Both the position numbers and the translations under genes were made by a program. Below are positions 1 through 11,324 of a DNA stretch of 64,000 bases, piece by piece. The DNA is taken from assembly GCA_026023565.1 (NCBI GenBank), contig JAPETS010000006.1:62001-126000 (forward strand), read 5' to 3'. The first letter of the stretch is position 1. Each line of letters begins with the position of its first letter. The stretch is from Cirrosporium novae-zelandiae. Taxonomy: Eukaryota. The notes under the pieces were generated by a model. It did no database searches and was not told the DNA's origin. It worked only from the letters and a program-made list of their open reading frames with translations.

Positions 1-923
1 GTTTCACTTCTTAGCCCTCTGTACTTATCCTCTATATCCTTTAGCTTATTCTCCAGGTGCTTTATCCTCTGCTCCTTTCTCGTCCGAAATGCCTTCTGCG
101 CAGCTCTATTTTGTGCCCGTCGACGTTCCTTGGCCGTTTCTCCATGCATGGGAGGCGGACTGAGAGTGTATGGAGGAGAGGGAAGGTTTGATGGCGCAAG
201 GTCGGCGGAAGTGAAAGTGGGGGAAAATGGTATGCTAGAAGACGAGAAGGGATTATAAGATCCATGGAGATGCGAATTGGACCCGGGAGAAGGGAAGGAG
301 GGCGGGAAAGGATCTGTTTGGGAGAGCCACTGTTGGTCGATTATCTGTAAGCAGGTGATATAGGTTAGCCAGGGTCATGGTATTGAGACAATTAACGATG
401 TGATATGCAAATAAGCATGGTTGTTTTATCCTTTGGGAAAATGGTGCATGATCTGGTAAAATTGCATCGGATAACGAATCTACTTCAATTGACGATATTG
501 GTAGATAAAGCTCACGAGCTGCATCTGATAGCGAGCCTTTTCCATGGAAATTCTAAATAGTGCTGACGTGTTGGCTTCCTTTTGATTGGGAAGGCGGGGA
601 TATGCCAAGTCAAGCCTCCTTAGTGGATGCCGAATATGGTACCAAGATACATCAAAGACGTTATTAAGTACCTCGTGTAATTGCTTGACGCTTCTTTCAC
701 GTGTAATTAAAGCAGTAACAAGGAGACGAAACCGACAGTGCATATGAAGTCGATAGCAATCCTGGATTCAAGAGAGAATGAGACTAACATCAAGTACTTC
801 AGGGCTCATTGCTTGATCTTGTGTGCTAGGAGCATCGAAATCCATGTCCTGTGGACTGGTACTTGGCATTGGAACGTCTGAGTAGTTTGACCCTTCAAAT
901 GATGGTAGGTAAGATTTGGACAT
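1..923 (-). CDS. bZIP transcription factor (AP-1/Yap-like basic region); 3' end runs off the window
   Basis: Not in the ORF track in this frame. Exon 344..1 reads ...HGETAKERRRAQNRAAQKAFRTRKEQRIKHLENKLKDIEDKYRGLRSE, a basic region plus leucine zipper. A probable first exon 923..789 (MSKSYLPSF...PEVLD) joins in phase 0 through a GTTAGT..CTAAC..CAG intron (788..345). The first exon is less certain. Confidence 0.85.
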
Positions 924-2944
924 GATAATATAACGTGACGGTTATGTCAATTGAATATATGATTGTAATATCAATTATGTCAGTCGGGTGGAATGTAGTG
1001 AAGTGGAAGATTGTCACAGTATAATAATGAGATAAAACTTCCAGATTGATTGCTGGGTGTTTGGACTGCAAGGTTAGTTGGGACCTTTATATTATTGCTC
1101 CTTTGCTTTGGCATTCCCAGCTCGTTAGCTAGTTGCAGGATGACCGAATCATCCATCGCTACAGTAGCCGTATCTGCCGTTGAAAAGACAACATAACATG
1201 GTGACTGCCGTATGGTAGCAGGGAAAAATGGTCGTCAGCAAAATACAGAAAGATCGACGCTAATTTAACTCTCTGAATTAAGAAAAATGAAAAAAAAAAT
1301 AAGGACTACTATGGAAGTGGGTAACATTTTTCCTACCTGGTTCCGTTAGGTTTCTTACTCCATAAGAGCATCTTTCCATCCTACGACATGAAAAGGAACT
1401 CGGCCTGCTCTGTACATCCGAGATGTCCAACAACAGTCGGGGTTTCGTACCGACTCTCACTGGCGGCTGGACGGCTCGGATGGCGCGCTATTTCCGCCAA
1501 AAAATCAAATCAAGCTCCACTGAAAAATTAAAAAAAAAAACCATGAAGGATTTTCCAGGTCATTCAGATTGACTATCGACTGGGATTGGACAATTATCGA
1601 AAAGCCTTTCGACAGGCATATATGTCGGAAGCCGTTACCCCGACTTCAGCTCTAGATGCTGCATTGAGAATAAAACTTTCCATGGCTCAACCCCAATGCC
1701 CACCTAGATTCGGATTTGTGAACAAATACAAATATATGAGGCTTCCAGTCTTTTTTGTCTCTTAGTTCTTCTGTATCTATCATGTATGAGAACGAACCAG
1801 GGGGGGGGTAGATTGCTCGATTAGCCAAATCCTTCACCCTTAGCCATTTTTGGCTATTGATCCCTATCGGCTTCCATATATCTATGTACATGGATTTATT
1901 AGATACAACAGACGGCAAGAAATAAACCAGAAAGTCATTGCGGGGAAGTTTCAGGCTGATAGTCCAATATGCGATGAAGATGTATCGTGTTGCATCCATC
2001 CTAGGACCATCTCCGGGAAAATCCACGTCTCAGAAGTAGATATGTGAATAGGATTCTGTGGAAATAGCCAACTCAGTTTCAATTCCATGCTGCTTCATTC
2101 TAGCATGTGTAAAAAGGTGGATTAATCGATGGTGCCAAGGAAGTCAAGTTCTTTATCCAGTTAAATCAAGGATGTCGGGAACTGGTAACGGTGCTATAAC
2201 TAAGCACTATTCATTGGCCAAGAATTGTTATATGCACTTCGGGGGTAGAATTGAAGATGGTGGCTGTTGTTTTGCTGATTTTTAGATAGTAGGGCGATAA
2301 CCATCTGCTTTGAGCAAAGCGCCGGAGTTTGGAAGGTTCATGCAGCTGCTTGTTTGAACCTCGTCGAAAGTCAACTATGAAGGATTTGGTATTGTAGGAC
2401 TTATACCTGCATATGCAGTAACCTGTAACTCTCTACTGAGGAATCATGATTGTCTTCCCTTAAGGCTCAAGGTGCTCAAAGGTTGCTCATCTGTTAATTA
2501 TTATTGTTCATTGGTTTGATCAAACGTGGAGATAAAAATCCTACAGTTGTCACAATTTTGTAATTTTTGTAACAATTAGCTAGCTAGGTAGCTATGCAGA
2601 TTCTTCGTATTGATGCATATATTGTGTGTGGCCGTTAGAGAGTAAACCAATATTGGAAAAGGATGCCGAGCTCGTTGACGAGATAACCTACTGTAGGTAG
2701 ATAGGAAAATTAATATTTCCACGGAAGTAATAATGAAAGCGAAGAAAACTAAGCGAAGTACAGTACATACAAAACCCATTTTTAGAAATCTTCAATCTGG
2801 TTTAGCTTGTGCAAATATTAATGCCATTAATTATTCACTTCTGTGTACCTAGGTAAGTATAATGCGGTAAATGTCTCTAAGGCACTCAAACTTTCGGAGA
2901 AACTTTCGGCCCCTTGAAAAATATCGGCGTTCGGAAAACTGACA

Positions 2945-3366
2945 TAGAATCGCGAACCGAGAAATAGGCCAACAGGGAAATGGCCACCTCAATTTTTATA
3001 TTTAATGCACCTTTGAATATATTTTTTTTAAAAAAAAATTTGATAATTGGTATACTATAACAAGTTGATATTTGTATATATTTTTTTAAAAAAATAAAAA
3101 ATAAAAGTGAATGGGTCAAGTGTAAATTTCTCATGCAAAATATTTGTATAGCAAAACAGTATTTAGCCCATTGACTGTTATTGTTTAATTTTTTTTTAAA
3201 AAAAGTAAATTGATAGGTTTGTTTATTACTGTATAACAATTAATCCTTTGACTCTATTAAGTGTGTTAAATATAAATTTTGCAAGATTTCTATTTTTTAG
3301 TAAGGCCTCATACAAAAATTGAGTTGACTATTTCCCTATCGGACTATTTCTCGGTCCGCAGTTCTA
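2945..3366. mobile_element. MITE / non-autonomous DNA transposon, probably Tc1/mariner-pogo type (coordinates include the putative TA target-site duplication)
   Basis: 2945-3000 and the reverse complement of 3311-3366 align without gaps over 56 nt with 10 mismatches. Both ends are TA. The interior is very AT-rich and non-coding. Confidence 0.8.
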
Positions 3367-3606
3367 ATGATGAAACTGTGAGAGACCATTAAGCTTAAGT
3401 TCCTTAGCGTGCTTCGAGCTTTCAGGTCTTGTCGCGTACAATCATGGAAACGTCCTCGGCGTTGAACCGCAAAGTCGCTACTCTAGAACCCTCTCAAAAC
3501 ATTCACTCACGTTGAGCCTACCTATCTTATATCTATCTCGCATCTAAGAGATTGGTCGATCCCTTTCGAGATGTTGCGCAAGCTATATCCGCATCGATAA
3601 TTAAAT

Positions 3607-6600
3607 ATGCATTACATCAAGCCTGTTTGGCTAACCCACGGAGGTAAATTTGCGAATTTCTTACCCTAACCACGCCATGGGTAAATCCGTACTCAACGTG
3701 CTCCTATTAATTTATGGATAGCTTTAGACCTTGTACTAACATTATGTAGGGGAAAGGAAGGACCACGAAGTCTATAGTTGTGATGTCTCGCCTGATGGTA
3801 GTCGCCTTGTCACAGCCGCAGGTGGTAGGTAACCGGCTTCTCTTGGACTATAATATTTGCGAATTGTGCTGAAATACGAGAAATAGATGGACATGTCCGA
3901 GTATGGTCTACCGAGGCAATCTATCATGCTAATGATCCGAGCTACTCGAAACCCAGGCAATTGGCTTCTATGAACTATCATTCTGGCACGATACATACAG
4001 TTCGATTCTCCCCTAATGGGCGGTACCTCGCATCTGGCGCGGACGACAAAATTGTTTGTGTATATAATCTGGATCCTTCTCCTCCATCGCATATAGCTAC
4101 TTTCGGTAGGTGCTATCCTGTCTTGACGTTGGGATATCTGAGCAGTCGATAATTGACACATCGTCGTAGGATCGAATGAATCTCCTCCAGTAGAAAATTG
4201 GCGAATATTCCGACGATTAATAGGGCATGATAATGATGTTCAAGATCTTGGCTGGGCACATGACTCTTCGATCCTCGTTTCAGTCGGTCTCGATTCGAAA
4301 GTAGTAGTCTGGTCTGGCTTTACGTTCGAAAAGCTCAAGACGATATTAAACCACCAAAGTCACGTTAAAGGCATCACTTTTGACCCTGCGAACAAGTATT
4401 TTGCCACAGCTAGCGATGATAGAACAGTCAAAATATTTCGCTTTACATCACCAGGGCCCAATTCTTCGGCTCATGACCAGGGCCACAACTTTATCCACGA
4501 GAAGACAATCACCGCACCGTTCAAATCCTCGCCGCTTACGACATATTTTCGACGATGTTCCTGGTCCCCCGATGGAGCTCATATTGCAGCCGCAAACGCT
4601 GTCAATGGCCCAGTGAGCTCTGTTAGCATTATCGCCCGTGGAACATGGGATAGCAGCATTAATCTCATAGGACATGAGGGACCTGTTGAAGTTTGCGCCT
4701 TTTCCCCAACCCTCTATGGTGCGGTGCCATCCTCAAATAATGATGATTCGGAACAAGCTAAACAATCGATGACTGTTATTGCCTGTGCTGGCCAAGACAA
4801 GTCTCTGACAGTATGGCTTACTACAAGTCCAAGGCCAGTTGTGATTACACAAGATCTCGCGAAGAACACAATATCTGATTTGGCATGGACCCCAAATGGG
4901 AGTACGTTATTCGCTACAAGTCTGGATGGAAGTATTCTTGCGATTGTTTTCGAAGACGGCGAATTGGGTTACCCAAAGCCAATGATTGAGACCGAAAAAG
5001 CACTGACTAAATTCGGTGCTAATAGAAAAGGCACGGGGATTCTTGAAGGGCCTGATGCCCTATTGTTGGAGGAGAAAAGTAAAGCAGGGGAGATTAAAGG
5101 TGTCGAAGGTCGAATGGGTGCCTTAATGGGTGATGGTCACACGAATGGGACAGCAAAGCCTTCAAATGGAAATCCGCCAGTGATAAATGGTTCCGCAGCT
5201 GGTCCAGGTATCAATATGCTAAACACACCTCATAATGGAACTACGGAAGGAGGTCCTCCCGCTCAGCCCCCTGTTGCATCACCGGCTCAAGAGGACCCAA
5301 ATGCGGCAAAAATTGCGAAGTTAAAACAAAGGGTAACTATCACCAAAGATGGTAAAAAACGCATTGCTCCTCTCCTTGTTTCCAGCACCGGTGGGGCCGA
5401 ATCGTCACTTCCTCAAACACAGCTTATGGCAGCTGCTGCACAGGCTTCAAAAGCGGATGCACCGCAATCAATCCTCGACCTCTCAAAACCCTTTGACGGA
5501 CTTCCAAAAGGCGGATTGGCTTCGGTTCTGCTGGGAAATAAACGCAAATTAGCTGCAATTGAGGGAGGTGAAGATAGTCAGGCTGAAAAACGGCTTGCTT
5601 TGGCAACTAGAGATGGAACCGCAGTTCCAATCCTCATAAATGCCCCTGAAGGACTAGTAATCCCACGGCCACTGCAACCCATGACTGGTTCAATGCCAAT
5701 ACCTGCATTTATTCGGCCTGCTGTCGTCAATCCAAGCACCACAGTTAGTCAAGTCCGTTTAGCTATACCGAAAATGCGAAGTCTCATTACACAACGACTG
5801 AAACATGGCGAAGAAAGAGATAACGATGATCCTGATGATGGTCTTGTCTTTGAGGTACGAAATTCACCAAACACACCAGTAGGACCCCGCCATAATGATC
5901 ATGAACCGGTACGAGTAACCCTTACGCGACGAGGGCAACCATTGTGGCAGGATTTTATACCACGAAATGCTTTGCTTGCCACTGGAAACCACCGATTCTG
6001 GGCCGTAGGAAGCGAGGATTGTTGCATATACATATGGACACCCGCCGGAAGAAGATTAGTAAATGCGTTTGTCTTGGACTCCCAGCCCGTAATCCTCGAT
6101 TCATTTTGTTGGTGGCTACTAGGTATAACGACTAATGGCCTATGCTATGTGTGGAACCTTGAAACGGTATCAGCCCCTCATGGGCCAATATCCCTCGCAC
6201 CGGTGCTTGACACTGCACTTTTTAACCTACAACCACACACCATTAATGGCCCTTCTATTACATCCGCTCGCATCAATTCAGAAGGCAGGATAATTGTTAG
6301 TGTCTCAAACGGCGATGGGTATGCGTACTCGCCACCGCTGCAGACATGGCAAAAACTATCTGAAATGTGGTGGGCTGTCGGTAGCCAATATTGGAATTCA
6401 ACTGATGCGTCTGTCGGAAATATTGCTTCGACTGCCGAAGAGATGAAGGATGATCCTTCCATGAGAATTTCGGCTGGAATTATACCTCATCTCGAACATT
6501 ATACAACTAGAGAATTAATTTCGCATGGACGTGGTGCCAGTCTCCAGAGAATGACTAAGACGTTGTTGAAGAAGGAGGGGTATGAAAGCTTTGAGGCAAC

Positions 6601-7067
6601 TATATCAATTGCTCATCTTGAAAATCGTGTCGCTGCTGCGCTTATGCTAGGCGCAAAACGAGAATTTCGCATTAATCTTCGGATGTATGCTAAACGATTA
6701 GGAGCTGAGGGTCTAAAAATCAAGGTCGAAGAGCTTTTCAGAACCCTCATTGCTGGATCTTTTGAAGCCGATGAAGTCGCTAATAACGATGAGGATACTT
6801 TTATCAACAAAACATTAGAAGAAAGGGGCTGGCATAGTGGTAAATCTCAACTTTGTGGATGGGAAAGACAGGATTTACTCAAAGAGGTCGTGCTCCTGAT
6901 TGGTATGTATTAGAACTGGCCCCAAGTAGAGATTACCGTAACTGACGTCCTTAGGCAAAAACCGCGAATTACAGCGAATTACTTCACCATATGCAAAACT
7001 TTTTAACATCACAGAAGAAGAGTTTTCAAATGGTCCAGAATCAGATCCAGATACTATGAAATCTTAG
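3607..7067 (+). CDS. HIR1: Histone chaperone / transcription regulator Hir1 (HIRA family, WD40)
   Basis: Spliced N-terminus MHYIKPVWLTHGGERKDHEVYSCDVSPDGSRLVTAAG; WD40 repeats (GHDNDVQDLGW, FRRCSWSPDG); HIRA B motif KQRVTITKDGKKRIAP; Hira domain with IAHLENR; last exon ends in TAG at 7065-7067. Confidence 0.95.
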
Positions 7068-7739
7068 CATTTTTAGTGATGAGAAATGGGGAGGGCGTTA
7101 TCATTCATAGGCTTCAGTGATCTAGGTTCCGAGGCGGGCATCTACGCCGGTTAGGTGTCTTACCTAGGTATTATTACACATAGCTAGGATTTGGTGGAGC
7201 TTAGGTTGGCGGTTGTCTCCGTAAACAGAAATAAGGGCATTGCGGGATTTGTTATTTTAGTGGTATTGATATCTCACCCTTTGATAAGCTGTTAAAATAT
7301 AGTACTAGGCCGTTAGTATTTACCCCTCTCACATACCTAAGCATCTCTAGTGGACCTCAACGAACTTCAAAGACGACGTACTTCACTAGCTAGTGTATGG
7401 AAAAGCTTTCAAGAAAAACAGGACTTTGACTAAAATCAACTTTAGCATTTGGGATGTTGAAGGGTGTCCTGGCAAACCTAGGAACTGGTATACTCGCTGA
7501 ATTGCTTAGGGGGTAAATATTAATAGGCTGGGATTGTAAGGTATATAAAACGGGTATGACCAACTTCACTCATAATGGCTTTTACATACCCTAGAAGTTA
7601 AGATAAATGTGCTGATTTCATGTATCCAACTATGAAGTTGCATTTTGTCTAATGGACTTTCCTTCAAAAGCTCCATGACCGAGGTTGCCTACACCAGACT
7701 TTCGCGAATTCAAAATATAGCCCTTACGATAAACACGAT

Positions 7740-9232
7740 ATGGCTTCTCCTAAAGATATATGGCGTGCCATTTTACGACGCCGAATATTAGTCTTGCTAT
7801 GCGTGTTATTTGCAATAGTAATTTTGACAGTACCAGCACCGTCAACATTAGAAAGGTTTGCACAACAGCCTGATCCAACCAAGTGGCTAAAGGAGAATTC
7901 GAACAATAAATACGCTATATCGTCTCCCCACGACTCAATGCATTTGAGGTCATCTAGGCCGCGAGCCGCAATTATTAGCCTCGTGAGGAACTCAGAGCTA
8001 GATGGGATATTACAGAGCATGCAGGGGTTGGAGTTCACATGGAATCAAAAGTACCAATATCCATGGATTTTCTTCAACGACGAACCGTTCAGTGAGAACT
8101 TCAAGGCAAGAAATCACCGTAAAGGAGGGAGCTGTCAACCGTTTTACCTAATCTATGAATAGGCAGCCACAAGGAATGCCACTCTCGCCGAAGCCTATTA
8201 TGAAATCGTCCCTAAAGAACACTGGTCAGTCCCGAACTGGGTGGACGAAACTAAGTTTATGGACAGTCTCGAATATCTGGGACAGACGGGAGTTGGGAAA
8301 GGCTGGATGCCTAGTTATCGTCACATGTGTCGTTGGAATAGCGGCTTCTTCTACAAGCACCCGCGGTTGTTGGAGTTTGACTATTACTGGCGTGTTGAAC
8401 CGGACGTAAGTTGACGATTTAAGGGATTTTGGAGAAGGTCTCGAGATTACTAAATAAGGGATGGGGTTGACAGGTCCACTTTTTCTGCGACATCGAGTAT
8501 GATGTTTTCCGCTTCCTTCGCGACAACAACCTAAAATATGGCTTCAACATGAATATTCTTGATGATGCCCGCTCCTTTCCTTCTCTGTGGCATCATACCC
8601 TTTCTTTCATCTCCGCCCACCCAGAGCTCATTCACCCCTCTGCCGACCTCTCGTGGCTCCTGGACCCCCAAACCGGAGGTGACTATAACAACTGCCAATT
8701 CTTTTCGAACTTCGAGGTCGGAGACCTTCGCTTCTGGAGAGGGGAGGCGAATGAAAAGTACTTCGAGTGGTTGGACAGGGCTGGAGGATTCTTCTACGAG
8801 AGATTTGGAGACGCACCGATCCATACTTTGAGCCTGGCCATGTTTGCGGAGAAGAGGGAGGTATGGTTCTTTAGGGATGTAGGCTATCAGCACGATATCA
8901 ACCGGTGAGTGGTGAATTGCTTATCAAAAAAATCTCCGCTAGATTTATTTTCTGTCGAGTTGCTAATCCCGCGCTCTCCTTTTTCTTCTTCTAGGCACTG
9001 CCCTCCACGCTCCTCCCACCGCTGCGCTTGCGAGCCTACGCCCATTGATGAAAATTTCTACAAACTAGTGCCGTTTGAATCGCCCCAGAAGAAACCGAAA
9101 GATACATGTATACGACAGTTCCTCGGTGGTGATTGGCTGACGACGAAGAAGGGGTGGTCCCAAGAGGCAGAGAGAGCATTTGGAGGTGATGGGTACCATG
9201 GGTATGAACTAAATGGATTTGAGGAGCTGTAG
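7740..9232 (+). CDS. Golgi alpha-1,2-mannosyltransferase, GT15 (KRE2/KTR family)
   Basis: Type II N-terminal TM anchor; motifs AAIISLVRN, YPWIFFNDEPF, SYRHMCRWNSGFF, YYWRVEPD, CQFFSNFEVGDL, GGFFYERFGDAP; three introns, the first GC-AG. Confidence 0.93.
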
Positions 9233-9753
9233 TCACTCAGCTCTGTTGATGATTTCTTGAAAAGTTACCTTTGTTTATCTAATTCTTAATTTTATGCAGG
9301 GGGGAACGTAGTGTGTACACTAGTTACGTTTATTAAATACCTACCTAGGTAGGTAGGAATGTTGACTAATTCATTGTTCACAAAAACACGCAATGGCATA
9401 TTTATAAAATCTCGGTTTCGGTAGACAGTTAAAAGTTTTTTTATTATCTCATTTTACTTGAAAGGTTTCTTGGGTACAAAGTAGTGGGGTTCGTGTAAAT
9501 AGGATCAACGTCGAAAGGCCTTCGAAAGTAGGTAGGAGTAATAGTTAACAGGATGGCAGGACAGGCAGTATAAAACTATGCTTGATTTCACTCACTTACA
9601 ATGCTGCTAATTCCCGACCAACCTTGAACGCCTTTCCTGATCCATGTCAAACGTTCCTTACCCATCTACCCCCAAGAGAATATTTAAATAAATTTGTTAA
9701 CACATGATCCAATTTCATAGTACAAGTCCAAAAGGCAAGATCTGTCACCTTGA

Positions 9754-10530
9754 TTAAGGTCGAGGTGCTCGATCAGCAGGAGGTATCCTTCTCCCTTCTG
9801 TATCTCTCATTAAACCCTTGCCCTTCCCGTTTCCGCCTTTTCTTCGATCATCTTCACTATTCCAAGCTGAATCATCAGAGCTTTCGTCTACAGGCTGAGG
9901 TCTTCGTCTATCGTGTTTTAACATAGCAGAGCGTTCATCATCATCGTCGTCTTCATCTAGCAGCTCGCCACCAGCTGTGTCGTGATCTGGTGCTTGTATC
10001 CACTCTCTTGGGACAACACATGGAAGTGCCACTCCAATGCTTGCGGCGCGGTTTAACCAGCTCGGAGCGGGCCTTGAAGTCAATCTTTCGCAGAGATAGG
10101 ATGTGAAGTGGTTGCAATTGTTTGTCAATAGGTTATAGTTTGTTCCCAGAAATTTTCGTGAGCATTCAGCGATAATCTCCTCAATCTCTGAGTCCGGCCT
10201 TATCGTAAACCCGTGCAATATCTCACAGCGAAATGTACCTCCGGGAGGGGCTTGTCTTGGCTTGGTCCAATATACGCCTGAGGCATTAGGCTTGTTGTGT
10301 CCACCATAAGCATATTCTCTTTCGCCAATTACGACACCGGAGTGAAGGAGGGAGGACCCAACAACCCAGAGGACAGAGGAGATGCGACCCGGAGGAAGAA
10401 GGTCATAGGCATTTATGAGGATTTCGGTTTTTTGTAGGGAGAGTGTGGTTCGGTGACTTATATGGCCGGAAGAGTGACGAGTTGATGAGGGTCGGTGAGA
10501 ATGCTTCTTAGAATTTTGAGCCATACTCAT
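9754..10530 (-). CDS. PPPDE/DeSI family peptidase (deSUMOylase/deubiquitinase-like)
   Basis: Motifs INAYDL, LLHSGVV..EYAYGG (catalytic His) and YNLLTNNCNHF (catalytic Cys). Intronless; start at ATG 10530 or 10524. Confidence 0.92.
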   Translation of the reverse strand: MSMAQNSKKHSHRPSSTRHSSGHISHRTTLSLQKTEILINAYDLLPPGRISSVLWVVGSSLLHSGVVIGEREYAYGGHNKPNASGVYWTKPRQAPPGGTFRCEILHGFTIRPDSEIEEIIAECSRKFLGTNYNLLTNNCNHFTSYLCERLTSRPAPSWLNRAASIGVALPCVVPREWIQAPDHDTAGGELLDEDDDDDERSAMLKHDRRRPQPVDESSDDSAWNSEDDRRKGGNGKGKGLMRDTEGRRIPPADRAPRP

Positions 10531-11324
10531 AGGGGATGAGGAGCAGAATGAAGTGGGTGAGACAATCAAAGGTGCCGAGAGGCTGCTTGCATATTCAGGG
10601 TGTCGTTGCTCAGAAGGCGGAGAAGAGTATAATAGCTTTCAGATGGATAATGGGACAGCAACAGCATATAGGTCTATAAAGATTTCAGAAATGTCAATTC
10701 TTCAAGCAGAAGGTGAAAGACGGCGTAGAAGTGAAATTGTGTAAAATCCAGGTTGATTGTACAGCTGGTGGTGAGGCTATTAAAAGGATTATTCTTGTAA
10801 TGGTCTGTTATTACTTGTGGCTGATCCGATACGGGAAAGAACCTCAGCAAGGCCGATAATTGAATGCAGGCAATCGATGTCGCATCCTTTGACCCAAACC
10901 GTCACAAGTAACTCGTTTAGGTTGCCGTCTAGTCTTCTCGGTCCAAGGTCCAAATGCCCCGCCCGAGAGATCTCACGTGATTTAACCGACTCATTTCCTC
11001 CCGACGCAGAATTTCGATAATTATTCTTGTTCCCACTTCACCTCACTCACAAAGTCTGTCCATTTTTTCATCAACTTCCCAGCAGGTCTTGTATCTGCAA
11101 ATAATCCAAGGAAGAAATTGCTAGGGAGATTACATCTTGTTGCCCTCAAGACGTCTTCCCTTCGCCCCCTTTCCTTTATCTTCACTTCTTCATCTCTCTT
11201 TCCCCCTCTTGCAGCCGGTACTGCAACTTCAGTCAATGCTACTGGCTGTCGCTTGCGATTATTAATTCTCCCAACCACCCTTTTCTATTCTTCAACTCGA
11301 TCCTACTCACAGAAAAGGAAGAAA

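Noticed and set aside
1652..2026. 124-aa minus-strand ORF and neighbouring short ORFs
   Set aside because: No recognisable motif or supportable gene structure; may be a relic but I cannot support it.
2886..3239. 117-aa F/K/I-rich ORF
   Set aside because: Artefact of the AT-rich MITE interior; no transposase motifs.
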